From: Octopus vulgaris | Lineage: Eukaryota | Direction: 5' to 3' | NCBI GenBank assembly: GCA_951406725.2 | Contig: OX597828.1 | Coordinates: 44,826,001 to 44,890,000 of the forward strand | DNA: 64,000 bases | In this document: one piece after another, positions 26,539-40,001 of the stretch | Numbering within the stretch: position 1 is the first letter of the stretch | Layout: each line of letters starts with the position of its first letter | Position numbers and translations under genes: made by a program | The notes under the pieces: model-generated | What the model was told of the DNA's origin: nothing | The model's database searches: none | What the model saw: only the letters and a program-made list of their open reading frames with translations

Positions 26539-27357
26539 ATAGGCGCAGGAGAGGCTATGTTGTAAGTAGCTTGCTTAACAACCACATGGTTCCAGGTTCG
26601 GTCCCACTGCGTAGCACCTTGGGCAAGTGTCTTCTACTATAGCCTCGGGTTGACCAAAGCCTTGTGAGTGGATTTGGTAGACGGAAACTGAAAGAAGCTC
26701 ATTGTATATATATATATGCGTATATATGTGTGTGTTTGTGTGTCAGTGTTTGTCACCCCCCACCCCCGAACATCACTTGATAACCAATGCTTGTATGTTT
26801 ACGTCCCCTTAACTTAACGGTTCAGCAAAAGAGACCGATAGAATAAGTACTAGGCTTACAAACAATAAGTCCTGGGGTTGATTTGCTTGACTAAAGGTGG
26901 TGCTCCAACATGGCCACAGTCAAATGACTGAAACAAGTAAAAGAGTAAGAGTATAAACAAGCATAAAATAGTGGCTTGCTTACCAACCACGTGGTTCCGG
27001 GTTCAGTCCCACTGCGTGGCATCTTGGGCAAGTGTCTTCTGCTATAGCCCCGGGCTGACCAATGCCTTGTGAGTGGATTTTGTAGACGGAAACTGAAAGA
27101 AGCCTGTCGTATATATGTATATATATGTGTGTATGTGTGTGTGTTTGTGTGACTGTGTTTGTCCCCCCTAGCATTGCTTGACAACCGATGCTGGTGTGTT
27201 TGCGTCCCCGTCACTTAGCGGTTCAGCCGGGGAGACTGATGGAATAAGTACTGGGCTTACAAAGAATAAGTCCCGGGGTCGATTTGCTTGACTAAAGGTG
27301 GAGCTCCAGCATGGCCGCAGTCAAATGACTGAAACAAGTAAAAGAGTAAAAGAGTAA
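26539..27357 (+). mobile_element. Two tandem SINE-A copies (26539-26950, ~26975-27357)
   Basis: Consensus matches; a short duplicated head fragment precedes at 26512-26538. Confidence 0.8.
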
Positions 27358-28237
27358 CTAAAATAAAAGTATATATAAATAACAGTTTTTCATAATACTT
27401 TTTACGTAGTGGTCAAAGGAAGGTCTGACTTTGGTTAGGAGTGGTCCACATAACCATTCATGATTCAGAGTCTGGGAGCCTATTTCCTTTCGGGGGTAAA
27501 TCATCATCCCATGTCACTTAGTCACAAACACGTCATATAGCTGCAATAGAATGTTGTATCACCAACAAGAATGTGATTTCTCTGAGACGTCACCCAGTAA
27601 TCTATCAAGTCCATTTATTCATTTCCCAATACATAATGCTGTTATGACTTCCCTCCCTCATTTTATGCCTCCATCGTAGATGAGTAGATTTGCTAGTAAT
27701 AATAATCCTTTCTACTATAAGAACAAGGCCTGAAATTTGTGGGGAGAGGGCCTGTTGTCTAGATCAACCCCAATTCGCAACTGGTACTTAATTCATCAAC
27801 CTCAAAAGGATGGAAGGCAAAGTCAACCTCTGTGGATTTTGAACTCAGAATGGAGCGACATGCAAAATACCGCGAAGCAGTTCATCCAGCGTGCTAACGA
27901 TTCTGCCAGGTCGCTGCTTTTTGCTAGTAATAGTAATTATATTAAAGATGATGATGACGATGATGATAGTTTGAAATTTTGGCTGAAGGGCAGCAATTTT
28001 AAAAGAAGGATTGGTCAATTACACAAATTTTACTGAAGTTGACTTTGCTTTCCAACCTATTGGGGGTTGATAAAATAAGTACCAGTTGAGCACTGGGGTC
28101 GATGTAATCAACTTATCCCCCACCCCTTAGAAATTGTTGGCCTTCTGCCAAATATTGAAATCAATATTTTAAAACAAAACAAACAACTTTAAACTATATA
28201 ATCATCAGACTACAATGGTATAGTCTACACTTGTGAG

Positions 28238-28272
<35 letters not shown>

Positions 28273-28305
28273 TTTTGACAATGACCAACTGACATAAGAC
28301 GAATA

Positions 28306-29002
28306 TTAGGTTGGCAACTAAGTTCCCGCAGTTTTTTTAAATTTTGGAATCTATTTTTTTCAAGAATTCTATTTTTGAATCATTTTGGAACCTATGTTGT
28401 TTTTGTTTTTTCTAGTTAATTTTTGTTAATTTTTATTTATTTTCAGATCATTAAAATGGGATGTCAAGTTAAGAAAAACGAGCATTTGCAACACCTCCTT
28501 CTTTTTGCTTTTAATCAAGGTTCTAGGGATGCAAAAGCTGCTCGCGACATTTGTTCTGTGTATGGAGAGGGTGCCATAGCTGAAAGAACTGCTCGTGATT
28601 GGTATGCCAAGTTCAAAATCGAAAATTGTGACCTCAAAGATGCACCTCGTTCTGGCTGTCCAGTTGAGTTCGATGAAGAGTGATTAAACCAAATTTTGCA
28701 TGAAAATTCTCATCAAACAATGGAACTGGCAGAGAAAATGGAATGCTCCTACACTGCTATAGAGAAGAATCTTCACTCGATGGGAAAGGTTCAGAAGTAT
28801 GGAGCATGGGTTCCGCATGCTTTAAGTGACAACAACAAAAATTAACGAGCCACAATTTCAGCTGGTTTGCTTGCTTGTCACCACTCAACTCATGAACACA
28901 AGCAACAATTTCGTTACCGAATCATTACTGGCAATGAAAAATAGTGCTTGTACATCAATTAGAAGCAATGTAAGGAATGGCTTAGCCCTGGTAAACAAGC
29001 GA
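28306..29002 (+). pseudogene. 5' half of a mariner element with decayed transposase (ATG 28456)
   Basis: TA|ttaggttggcaactaag TIR; AARDICSVYGEGAIAERTARDWYAKFK, DLKDAPRSGCP, WVPHAL, IITGNEK*; stops and frameshift; truncated after EWLSPGKQ. Confidence 0.85.
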
Positions 29003-29054
29003 CACATGGAAATTCCAAGCAACAATGTAACATTCATTTAATTAAAGCAATCTC

Positions 29055-29136
29055 GGCCTGATGATTAGCTAAGTTAAGATCCCTCTTAAGTAAATATTAC
29101 ATCAGAGGATCAGCTAGCTAAGAAACATATGTGACC
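29055..29136 (+). ncRNA. Type I hammerhead motif with long stem II (cleavage triplet decayed)
   Basis: CTGATGA 29058-29064; stem II TTAGCTA/TAGCTAA with inner gatccctct/agaggatc; GAAA 29122-29125; palindrome CATATG; then TG instead of UH. Confidence 0.6.
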
Positions 29137-30346
29137 TGCAATTTACTCATTCCACTTTCTCTCAATTTGAATTGTTATTCACATTTGTGGAAACTCTAGT
29201 TGCTAACCATGAGCTACAAAAGAACTATCAGATTATCGAATTTCCTCATGACTTCGATATGGGAAAAAGTGTATTAATTTTCGATGCCAATTAATAGTTA
29301 TTCTTCCTTGTCATACACTGTCCATTTTATTTTTTTCGTTTTAAACACCTGTCACAGACTGCTTGAAGCTTAGACTTCCTACACTTGTATTCCTGGTTCT
29401 AATCCTTGTATATCGATATGTATGTGTTTGTTATAGTGTTTTTATCCTAGTTCCTCCTCTCAATGCTTCACAACCATTGTTGGTTTGTTTATGGCCCAGC
29501 AACTTAGTAATTCAGCAAAACAGACTGATGGAATAAGTACCAGACTTCAAAATAAAAAAGTACTGGGGTTTCAATTGTTTAACTAACCCCTTCAAGGTTG
29601 TGCCCCAGTATGACCACAGCCCAATGGCTGAAACAAGTATAGAATATATAAAATAAAAAAATTAAATCCTTTGAATTGAGTTTTTTTTCTTTTTTTTTTT
29701 TTTGAGCCTGAATAAAACTTTAAATTTATGCTTAACTAAAGACATAATTAATCATCGTTAGTTTCCACCATATTGGAAAAATAAATTCTATCTAATGAGG
29801 AGACACACATCTGATAGAAATTAACCTTTTCTTCTTTATTTTCTTTCAGTTCTTTTAAAAATTTATTTATTTATTATTTTATTTTTTTGGTTTCTTTCTT
29901 GCCTTTTTCATTACCTTCAATTACTTTTCTTCTGAGCCTTTACATCGTCTCCAGACTTATGTAACGAGGAAACGGCAGATATTTTGCTAACATACACAAA
30001 ACAACACCACCACCAACACCAACAACAACAACACATAAACAAAGAACTGAAAACACAAGTTAACTGACAAACATAAATAAAATCTTTTTTCTTAAAAGAA
30101 AAAAAATTCTTAAGAAGAAGAAGCAAGAACTGCCCTGGTTATTTTGAAACAAAAGTCACTTAAAAATACGTGCTGTGCATTGAAATTGATCCTTTAACAG
30201 AGAAAGACACATAAAAAACATGAGATTTATTTCGAGATAAATGATAAATGCCCGTTTCCAATGATTGAATTTAAAAGTTACTTTTCATAAATAAATAGGA
30301 AGTTGATTTTTATTTATAAATATCTATGTGTATGTATATATGTGTC

Positions 30347-30385
<39 letters not shown>

Positions 30386-30449
30386 ATATATATACACACA
30401 CATATATATATATATATATGTACATATATATACTCACACACCCACACAC

Positions 30450-30480
<31 letters not shown>

Positions 30481-30540
30481 TATATATACATATATATATA
30501 CATATATATACATATATATATACATATATATATGCACATA

Positions 30541-30614
<74 letters not shown>

Positions 30615-31404
30615 CATATATATGTCCATATATATATATATGTATTATATTTTTATTTGTTTGTTTGTTGATTTGTTTTGTTTTGTTTGTTTAGTTAATG
30701 ATATGCAAGCATACAATTTATCATCATCACGTTTATCTATTCATCATCGTTATCATCCTCATCATTGTCGTTGTCCTGGTCGTCGTGGTAATCATCATTA
30801 TTATCATCATCATCATCATCATCATCATTATCACCCACGTGAAGAACACCTACAATCTCCACTACCACTCCCCCACCCTCCCACCCGACATCGCCGTCGT
30901 CGTCGTCGTCTTCATCATAATCATCTACTATAACTGCCACCCACCACCACCACCACCATCACCACTACTACCATCCTCCTCCTTCTCCTCGTCATCGTCA
31001 TCATCATCATCATCATTGTTGTCGTCATCACTATAATCCTCTTCATCATCATCAATAGCAACATGAGGACCATCACCACCACCGCAACCACTACCATCAC
31101 TATGACCATCATCATCATCATCATCGTCATTATCCTTCTCCCCCACATCACTATTATCATCATCATCATCATCACTATCATTGCTTCCTTCTTATTTCTG
31201 TTCTTCCATAGACCTCTCCCCTCCTTCTTCCTGTTTCCCCCCCCCCCACCGCCTTTCTTATTCTGTCCCCTGTATTCTTTCATCTGCTGTATTATTTCTT
31301 CCTTTTTGTATCAGACATTCTTCAGTTTGTGTTCATCTCCTTTATACACCATGCAATCCTTATCTGATTCACTACCACCACCACCACCACCACCACCACC
31401 ACCG

Positions 31405-31435
<31 letters not shown>

Positions 31436-31460
31436 CACCGTCGTCGTCGTCACCATCATC

Positions 31461-31494
<34 letters not shown>

Positions 31495-31721
31495 TCATCA
31501 TCGTCATGTATGTATCAGTGCCAATCCCTCTCATTCTCTCCATCACGTAGCAATAGGTTTTGCTAATTCCACATATTCAAAGATAACTATTGATTAAGGT
31601 AATACTACAAGTGTGTCTATACAGGGAACATCATCAACATCTGAATATTGTGTGTGTGTGTGTGTGTGTGTCTGTCTATGTGTACATACATACATACACA
31701 CACACACACACATATATATAT

Positions 31722-32060
31722 ATAGGCGTAGGAGTGGCTGTGTGGTGAGTAGCTTGCTTACCAGCCACATGGTTCTGGGTTCAGTCCCACTGTGTGGAAC
31801 CTTGGGCAAGTGTCTTCTACTATAGCCTCGGGCTGACCAAAGCCTTGTGAATTGATTTGGTAGACGGAAACTGAAAGAAGCCCGTTGTATGTCTGTGTTT
31901 GTCGCTTGACAACCGATGCTGGTGTGTATACGTCCCCGTAACTTACCAGTTCGGCAAAAAGAGTCCGATAGAATAAGTACTAAGGCTGGGGCCGATTTGC
32001 TTGACTAAAGGCAGTGCTCCAGCATGGCCACAGACAGATGACTGAAACAAGTAAAAGAGT
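31722..32060 (+). mobile_element. SINE-A lacking most of the internal microsatellite
   Basis: Consensus match. Confidence 0.8.
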
Positions 32061-32551
32061 ATATACATACATATATATATATATGTGTGTATGTGTGTGT
32101 GTGTGTGTGTATGTATATATGTATATGTATGTATGTGCATATTTTGTCTTGGTTTAAAGATGTGTTACAGAAAACATTTTGTGGTCAATACCACAGATTT
32201 GCTTGCTAGTTGCTTGACCTTAAACATTTGACCATGTCCCTTGGTGATTAACAATATATGCGTCGCTGATCATTAGCAAGAGTAGTGGGAGAGTATTGTA
32301 ATGATGTGTTGAGAGGAATTCTTTGGAGTTTGAATAATTCACCTCTGCAAACATGGGTGCTTTGGTGATCATTCTTAAACAAACCTTATGCAGGGAACTG
32401 TTGAGCAGGATGGGCTACTTGGCCTGAAGAAAATACTCACTGGACTCCACCTGCAAAGTCATGCACTGTTTATCATGATATGAAATCGCCATGTTGTGCA
32501 CATATGTTTATGATGCATATACCTGGTGTACCCTTATCAGATGGGTAGTCA

Positions 32552-32772
32552 TGGCAGAAACGTTAGCATGCTGGACGAAATGCTTAGTGGTATTTCGTCT
32601 GCCGTTACGTTCTGAGTTCAAATTCCGCCGAGGTCGACTTTGCCTTTCATCCTTTCGGGGTCGATGAATCAAGTACCAGTTACGCACTGGGGTCGATGTA
32701 ATCGACTTAATCCGTTTGTCTGTCCTTGTTAGTCTTCTCTGTGTTTAGCCCCTTGTGGGTAGTAAAGAAATA
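32552..32772 (+). mobile_element. SINE-B (tRNA-like head plus conserved metazoan SINE core-like domain)
   Basis: tggcagaaacgttagc (A box), gagttcaaattc (B box), gcctttcatcctttcggggtcgat..a..aagtacc core, tail ccccttgtgggtagtaaagaaata. Confidence 0.8.
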
Positions 32773-32880
32773 GGTATATTGAGTTTCGTATATTTGTGAG
32801 CCAGTGTCACTTTGATGACATGCATTGCCCTCTCCCTCAATAATGATAATTATTAAATACTACTTAAATAAATGAATCAA

Positions 32881-33440
32881 TATGAGTGGATACCCAAAAG
32901 AAACCAGAATTTTGCAATATTATTTTATTCACTTAGTTTTATCGCCTTCAAAGTATTCTCCATTTGAAGCAATGCATTGGTCCAGATACGTTTTCCACTG
33001 TTCGAAGCAGTGCTGGAACTCTAGGAAAGTGATGCTTTGTAATGCCTCTGTCCTTTTTTTCATCACCTCTTCCACATCTGCAAAATGTCCTTCTTTAAGG
33101 ACTTTTTTCATTTGAGGGAACAAAAAAGATCACAGAACACAAGACTGCGTAAGTAATGAGATTGTATAAGAGGTGGGGGTCATGCATACAATCATGACTG
33201 CTTTTGATCGCCTGTGAGCAAAGGAAGACACAAATTTTGTTGCAACTCTTTTCATTCGCAATTCCTTGCTCGAAATTCGTTGGCAGGAGCTCCAGGACAC
33301 ACCAGTCATATCAACAAGTTCATCAATTGTTCAGTGACAGTCCTCCGGGATCACTTCATGAATTTTCATGATGTTTCCGTTCATTTGGGGAGTTGACAGT
33401 CACCCTGAATGAGATTGGTTCTCAAGCGACAAATGACCAT
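32881..33440 (-). pseudogene. Internally deleted mariner relic
   Basis: C-terminus MKKVLKEGHFADVEEV...FQHCFEQWKTYLDQCIASNGEYFEGD; N-terminal piece VSWSSCQRISSKELRMKRVATKFV; TIR-like tatgagtggatacccaaaagaaacc at 32881. Confidence 0.75.
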
Positions 33441-33599
33441 TTCTAAAAGTTTTATGTGGATCTTTCTCAACGACAGTCTTTAAGTGACTGTCTTCGATGA
33501 CAGATGGGCAACTACTATGCTCACGATCTTCAACGCTCAGGTTCCCACAGCAAAATCGTTTAAACCATTTTCGAGCTGATCTTTGTGGATCTTCAAATG

Positions 33600-34447
33600 T
33601 CTTTTGAAGCCTCCTTTAGATTTTCAGACATTATAGCATTGACAGGTGTGCACTGACAGATAGGCAGAATAATTGGTAGAGGTTTGTTTGTCATGGGTCC
33701 ACAAAAGGGATTTGAGCCCTGCAAAAGAAAGGCTTGGTCTGTCACAAATTGTACACATAAAAACGTGGTTGGCATTCATTTTCTTGCTGATCATAGCATT
33801 TTTCGTTAAATTTCTTTTGAGTTTTGCATGGGTCATCCTGGCTTCTTCAAACACTTTCACTCCATTCCACACTTTTGTTTGCCATGCAGCTTGATCCGAA
33901 GCAGGGGTTTCTATGGCCTTTGGGTTCATTCCAAGTGGCTTCATGTTAGTCCATACACAGTCCTTAACCGCTTCTTTGGTTTATACTGATTGTGTTTCCC
34001 TCAATGATTTCACCATCAAACAACTGCTTGGCTGTGTGTTCATTCAGCATTTAAACAATGTGGCCAGACTATCTTATTTGATTTTTCAAGATCATTGATT
34101 TCGGCGAAGTAATGCCTGCATATGCAAAGACATCTATACCTGGAGTGAAAAAGTCCCAAATAATGTTTAAAATGCAGCAAAGGCATTTTTAATGGAATCG
34201 TTCTAACAATTTGAGAGGTCTTTCATAACAGGCCCATGTTTCAGAGGAATACAACAGGGATGGTAAGGCAAACGATTTCTAAAGGGCCAAATTTTGTGTT
34301 GTTATTTTATGTCACTGGTGTCAAATGTATGACTCCAGACCCCCAAATGCATGGGATGCCTTTTCAATTCCCAGCTGTTATTTCTGTGTTCAGATTTCCA
34401 TCATTTTGTACAGAGATTCTGAGGTAGATGAAAGAGCCAACAACCTC
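33600..34447 (-). pseudogene. RTE-clade LINE ORF 3' fragment with decayed C-terminal zinc-finger-like motif
   Basis: EVVGSFIYL, PSLLYSSETW, RFH*KCL..ILNI.W, ASDQAAWQTKVWNGVKVFEE, CTICDR...GLKS...H. Confidence 0.7.
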
Positions 34448-34464
34448 ATGTAGCTTACCTTTAC

Positions 34465-34630
34465 TGAGCAAATCGAACCCAGGACTCATTCTTTGTAAGC
34501 CTAGTACTTATTCTATCAGTCTCCCTTGCCGAACCGCTAAGTTACGGTGACGTAAACACACCAGCATCAGTTGTCAAGCGATGTTGGGGGGACAAACACA
34601 GACACACAAACATATACATACACACATACA

Positions 34631-34680
<50 letters not shown>

Positions 34681-34840
34681 TATGATGGGCTTCTTTCAGT
34701 TTCTGTCTACTAAATTCACCCACAAGGTTTTGGTCGGCCCGAGGCTATAGTAGAAGACACTTGCCCAAGGTGCCACGCAGTGGGAGTGAACCCAGAACCA
34801 TATGGTTGGTAAGTGAGCTACTTACCACACAGCCACTCCT
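34465..34840 (-). mobile_element. SINE-A
   Basis: Consensus match; abuts the mariner MITE. Confidence 0.8.
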
Positions 34841-34991
34841 ACACATTGATTATGATTTTATCAAACATATTCCCTCTCAGATTCACACACTTAGTGCAGT
34901 GGTCCTTCAGTTTTCCTAAGCACTGAAAAGAACTCAGGAAGTTGAGGTTCCAACCAGGCCTTAAAGTCAGGAACTTCTCAGCAACCCCTCC
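34841..34991 (-). mobile_element. Second, truncated copy of the mariner-derived MITE
   Basis: aaagtcaggaacttctcagcaacccctc TIR; LGKLKDHCTKCVNLRGNMFDK remnant. Confidence 0.7.
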
Positions 34992-35066
34992 TATTGATAT
35001 CTCTTTTTTACACACACACTCAAAGAAACTGAGTACAAACATACACTAAGAGGTATGTGTGTGCAT

Positions 35067-35475
35067 ATAGGCGCAGGAGTGGCTGTGTGGTAAGTAGCTT
35101 GCTAACCAACCACATGGTTCCGGGTTCAGTCCCACTGCGTGGCATCTTGGGCAAGTGTCTTCTGCTATAGCCTCGGGCCGACCAATGCCTTGTGAGTGGA
35201 TTTGGTAGACGGAAACTAAAAGAATCCTGTCGTATATATGTATATGTATATATATGTATGTGTGTGTATGTGTTTGTGTGTTTGTCCCCCTAGCATTGCT
35301 TGACAACCGATGCTGGTGTGTTTACGTCCCCGTCACTTAGCGGTTCGGCAAAAGAGACCGATAGAATAAGTGCTGGGCTTACAAAGAATAAGTCTCGGGG
35401 TCGAGTTGTTCGATGAAAGGCGGTGCTCCAGCATGGCCGCGGTCAAATGACTGAAACAATTAAAAGAGTAAAGAG
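35067..35475 (+). mobile_element. SINE-A, full length
   Basis: Consensus match. Confidence 0.85.
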
Positions 35476-35924
35476 TATGTGTGTATATAAGTAGGGTCTA
35501 TCTTGGAAAATTGAGCAACATGACCAAACAGTTTTGAGCTGACACTACCAAATCATACTTGTATGATTTAATTTTAATTGCCGTTTTATAATTAACACGT
35601 ACTCCAGAGGCAGAAATAGTTCTTTAAAAACATCAAGAATTTATATTACATGAAATTTAATATTTTTGTATTAATCTATGTTATTCAAAGACAAGCAAGC
35701 CACTGGCCACTGTGAGTAGTCTTACTTGATTCATTTTTGTGTGTTTTAATTAAGCACTGGGACTAGGACAAAAATAGCTGTATGCTAATTGATGTATGCT
35801 AACGATTCATTATGACGTAAACGTTACTTAAAAAAAAAGGAGGCGGAGAAAAACTGTCAAATCAGAAGGCTTAGTAAAAAACGTAATTGAATCAATGTGT
35901 GGATTTAGGGCATGCAAATAAAAA

Positions 35925-35938
35925 CAATGCTAATAATA

Positions 35939-35980
<42 letters not shown>

Positions 35981-36048
35981 GTAATATAATAATAATAATA
36001 ATAATAATAATAGTAGTAGTAGTAGTAATGATAATAATAATAATAGTA

Positions 36049-36079
<31 letters not shown>

Positions 36080-36123
36080 TAGTAATAGTAATAGTAATAA
36101 TAATAATAATAATAATAATAGTA

Positions 36124-36162
<39 letters not shown>

Positions 36163-36165
36163 GTA

Positions 36166-36225
<60 letters not shown>

Positions 36226-36234
36226 GTAATAGTA

Positions 36235-36290
<56 letters not shown>
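35925..36290. repeat. (AAT)n/(AGT) microsatellite
   Basis: ~365 bp trinucleotide tract. Confidence 0.95.
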
Positions 36291-36445
36291 TGAAGCACTA
36301 GGTAATGAAGACAAAAAATATAGTCAAAAGCAGGATAAGAAACACATACAGCACTCACATTTATATGCATATCTGTTTATCTATATATGTGTATATATGT
36401 GAGTACATATACATACATACATGCATGCATACTTACATACATATA

Positions 36446-36489
<44 letters not shown>

Positions 36490-36491
<2 letters not shown>

Positions 36492-36825
36492 CGTCATCAT
36501 CGTCGTCGTTTAACGTCCGTTCTCCATGCTAGCATGGGTTGGACGGTTCGACCGGGGTTCTGGGAAGCCAGAAGGCTGCACCAGGCTCCAGTCTAATCTG
36601 GCAATGTTTCTACAGCTGAATGCCCTTCCTAACGCCAACCACTCCGTGAGTGTAGTGGGTGCTTTTTACGTGCCACCTGCACAGGTGCCAGGCGGGGCTG
36701 GCAACGGCCACGGTCAGATTGGTGTATTTTATGTGCCACCGGCACGGAAGCCAGTTGAGGCGGTGCTGGCATCGGCCACGAGTCGGATAGTGCTTTTTAC
36801 GTACGAGTCGGATAGTGCTTTTTAC

Positions 36826-36826
<1 letters not shown>
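36490..36826 (-). mobile_element. Family E copy in (TA)n
   Basis: cgtttaacgtccg..CCATGCTAGCATGG...gtgctttttacgtgccacc. Confidence 0.75.
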
Positions 36827-36866
<40 letters not shown>

Positions 36867-36875
36867 CATATATGC

Positions 36876-36915
<40 letters not shown>

Positions 36916-37168
36916 GCATGCATACATACATATATTTGTGCATGCATTTTCACACACGTGAGCACGCATACACATGTGCTTAGTTGCTAAATTATAGTTG
37001 TTTGTTTCTTTGACCATTTTTTTTATACATATTCCATTGAAAGTCAAAATCTATCTATGCATGTATCTAACTGTCTCTCCTTTTATGTGCATGCATGCAT
37101 GCACACACACATATAGACACACACATGCATACAAAATCAAAGGGACTGAATAACAAATATACATTTAG

Positions 37169-37224
<56 letters not shown>

Positions 37225-37272
37225 TAAAGATAAAGGCACGTATTGAAACATATATAACTCATAAACACATCT

Positions 37273-37314
37273 ATGCAAATACCTTTGTGGGTGGGGCGCA
37301 GGAAGTTATATAAG
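37273..37314 (+). promoter_or_regulatory. Compact promoter-like motif cluster
   Basis: ATGCAAAT (octamer) 37273, GGGTGGGGCG (Sp/KLF) 37289, CAGGAAGT (ETS) 37299, TATATAAG 37307, within a non-repetitive island. Confidence 0.3.
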
Positions 37315-37536
37315 TCCCAATGCCACCTTCCTTCGCAATAGCGGAATCTTAATAGATCCACACTCTGTACAATGTAAACACCTTACTTAAACTGATTGTC
37401 TCCCACCTACACCCCGGCAGCTTTTAAACTATTTTACTATTTTATATCTACACACAAATACAAGCAGACAGTTTTGTGGGCATGTATTTGTATTTGTATC
37501 ATTCTCTCTCTCTCTCTAAATATATATATAGAAACA

Positions 37537-37595
<59 letters not shown>

Positions 37596-37597
<2 letters not shown>

Positions 37598-39962
37598 CAG
37601 GTAGCCAAAAGGAAGGCTGGGCAGCAGGTATACATAGCCAAGGGCAAAGCGGAAAAGAAGAAGTTTGCCAATGTCCAGTGACGCAAGGACCAAAGAACCG
37701 AAGTATTTCGGATTGCAAGACAGTGGGTGAGAGAAAACTGTGATGTCACAGGAGAGAAATGTATCCACATGGATGATGGTGCATTTGATTTTAATGATTC
37801 TGGGAAGAAAGAGGCTTGGAGAAACCATTATGAAAGATTGCTGAATGTGGAGAATGAATGGGTGGAGGAGAGCCTGCCAAATGTTGACCCAGTAGAGGGA
37901 CCAGCTATCCGAATAGATAGCTCCTTGGTAGATAAAGCAATTAAGGGTATGAAGTCAGGAAAACCCTCGGCCCATCTGAAATCACTGCTGAGGAGATATC
38001 TGGTGGTGTGGGCTATGGCATTGTAAACCAGGTAGTTCATGATGGAGTCATACCCAATAACTAGCGTAGCAGCACCATATTTAACTGCTACAAGGGTAAA
38101 GGTGAAGCTCTAGATAGAAATAAATACAGGGGTATCAGACCGTTGGATCAGGTGATGAAGGTCATGGAGAGGGTCATAGCCCATCTCATTATGGAGAGAA
38201 TCTGCTTAGGTGAGATGCAGTTCGGTTTTTTGCCAGGTAGAAGCACCACCGATGCTATATTCGTGATTCAACACTGCAGGAGAAATACCTAGCTAAAGAT
38301 AAACCCCTGTACTTAGCTTTTGTGGACTTGGAGAAAGCCTTTGACAGGATCCCCCGATCCCTTATCTGGTGGGCGATGTGGAAAGTGGGGATTGATGAAT
38401 GGTTAATAAAGGCTGTACAGGCCCTATACAGAGAGGCCATTCGTAAGATTAGGATTGGCAATGAGCATAGTGAAGAATTCCATGTAGAAGTAGGAGTCCA
38501 CCAAGGTTCAGCCGTCAGTCAACTTTTATTCATCATAGTTCTCCAGGCAATAGCAGAGGAATTCAAGATGGATTGCTCCTGGGAGCTCCTCTATGCTGAT
38601 GCCCTGGCTCTCATAGCAGAATTATGTGGAAGCAAGGTTTAGTATCAAAAGGCATTAGAGTGATTGTAGCAAAGACCAAAGTTCTAGTAAGTAGGAAGGT
38701 GAACTCATCACAAACCCCCTCACGTAGAAAAGGTGTTGGTAGAAACTCCATAAGATATACCCAGTGTAAGCTATGGACACATAAGAGGTGCAGCAACATC
38801 AAAGGAAGATTAACCAGGAAGATAGCTTTCATGTGCAGTAGATGCACAGGGGCAATAAACACCACAGATGCTCAGAAAACAGATTCCATTACACTCCAGG
38901 GGGAAGAAACTAGAAATAGTTGATAGCTTCTGCTACCTAGGTGACCAAGTTAGTAGTGGGGTGGATGCTCTGAGAGTGTTACCACTAGAATAAGAATAGC
39001 CTGGGAAAAGTTTAGAAAGCTCCTACCCCTACTGGTGACAAAGGGTCTCTCGCTCAGAGTGAAAGGTAGATTGTACGACGCATGTGTGAAAACTGCCATG
39101 CTTCATGGCAGTGAAACATGGGCCATGACTGCGGAAGACATACATAGGCTCGAAATAAATGAAGCTAGCATGATCCGCTGGACATGTAATGACAGTGTGC
39201 ACACATGATGGAGTGTAAGCACCCTGAGAGAAATGTTGGACATAAGAAGCATCGGATGTGGTGTGCAAGAGAGACGTTTGCGCTGGTATGGTCATGTACT
39301 ACAGATGGATGAGGAGAGCTGTGTGGAGAAGTGCCACTCCCAAACAGTTAAAGGAATCTGGGGTGGTGGTAGACCCAGGAAGACATGGAATGAGGTGGTG
39401 AAATAGGACCTTTGAAGGTTGAGCTTCACAGAGGCAATGCCGAAAGACCAAGACCTCTGGAGATATGCTGTGACTGTGAAGACCTGGCAAATAACATGAG
39501 TTCACAGATGTATCCTACACCAGTTTCGCATAACCAGCCCCAGCCCATTCAAGAGTACCTTGGATTGGAGGGCAACCTGCTGTGCTTGAGGAGACCTATT
39601 GAGTCAAGTACATCAACATCAAAATGAAAATCAAATGGAAATTGTAGTTGTGATACCCACGCTGGTGGCACATAAAAAACACCATCTGAACGTGGCTTAT
39701 GCCAGTGCCACCTTGACTAGCTTCTATGCCAGTGGCACGTAAAAAGCACCAAACAATTGTGGCCGTTGCCAGCCTCCTCTGGCCCCTCTGCCAGTGGCAT
39801 GTAAAAAGCATCTACTACACTCCATCTACTACATCTGTAGAAACCGCGCAAAATCAAACTGGAGCCAGGTGCAGCTTTCCAGTTTGCCAGCTCAGGACAA
39901 ACCATCCAACCCATGCCAGCATGGACAACGAATTTTAAAAGATGATGATGTTGATGATGATG
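37596..39962 (+). pseudogene. 5'-truncated RTE-clade LINE: decayed reverse transcriptase ORF plus 3' UTR and (GAT)n tail
   Basis: QFGFLPGRSTTDAI, AFVDLEKAFDRIPR, GVHQGS, ELLYADA, FCYLGD, RLRWYGHV, GRPRKTWNEVV; many stops/frameshifts; 3' UTR has family E motifs. Confidence 0.9.
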
Positions 39963-40001
39963 ATATATGCATATATATATATATATACATATATAACAAA
40001 C

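Noticed and set aside
29912-29990. Possible minus-strand exon ending at AG|GTAAT near 29913
   Set aside because: All three frames contain stops; a non-coding exon cannot be supported
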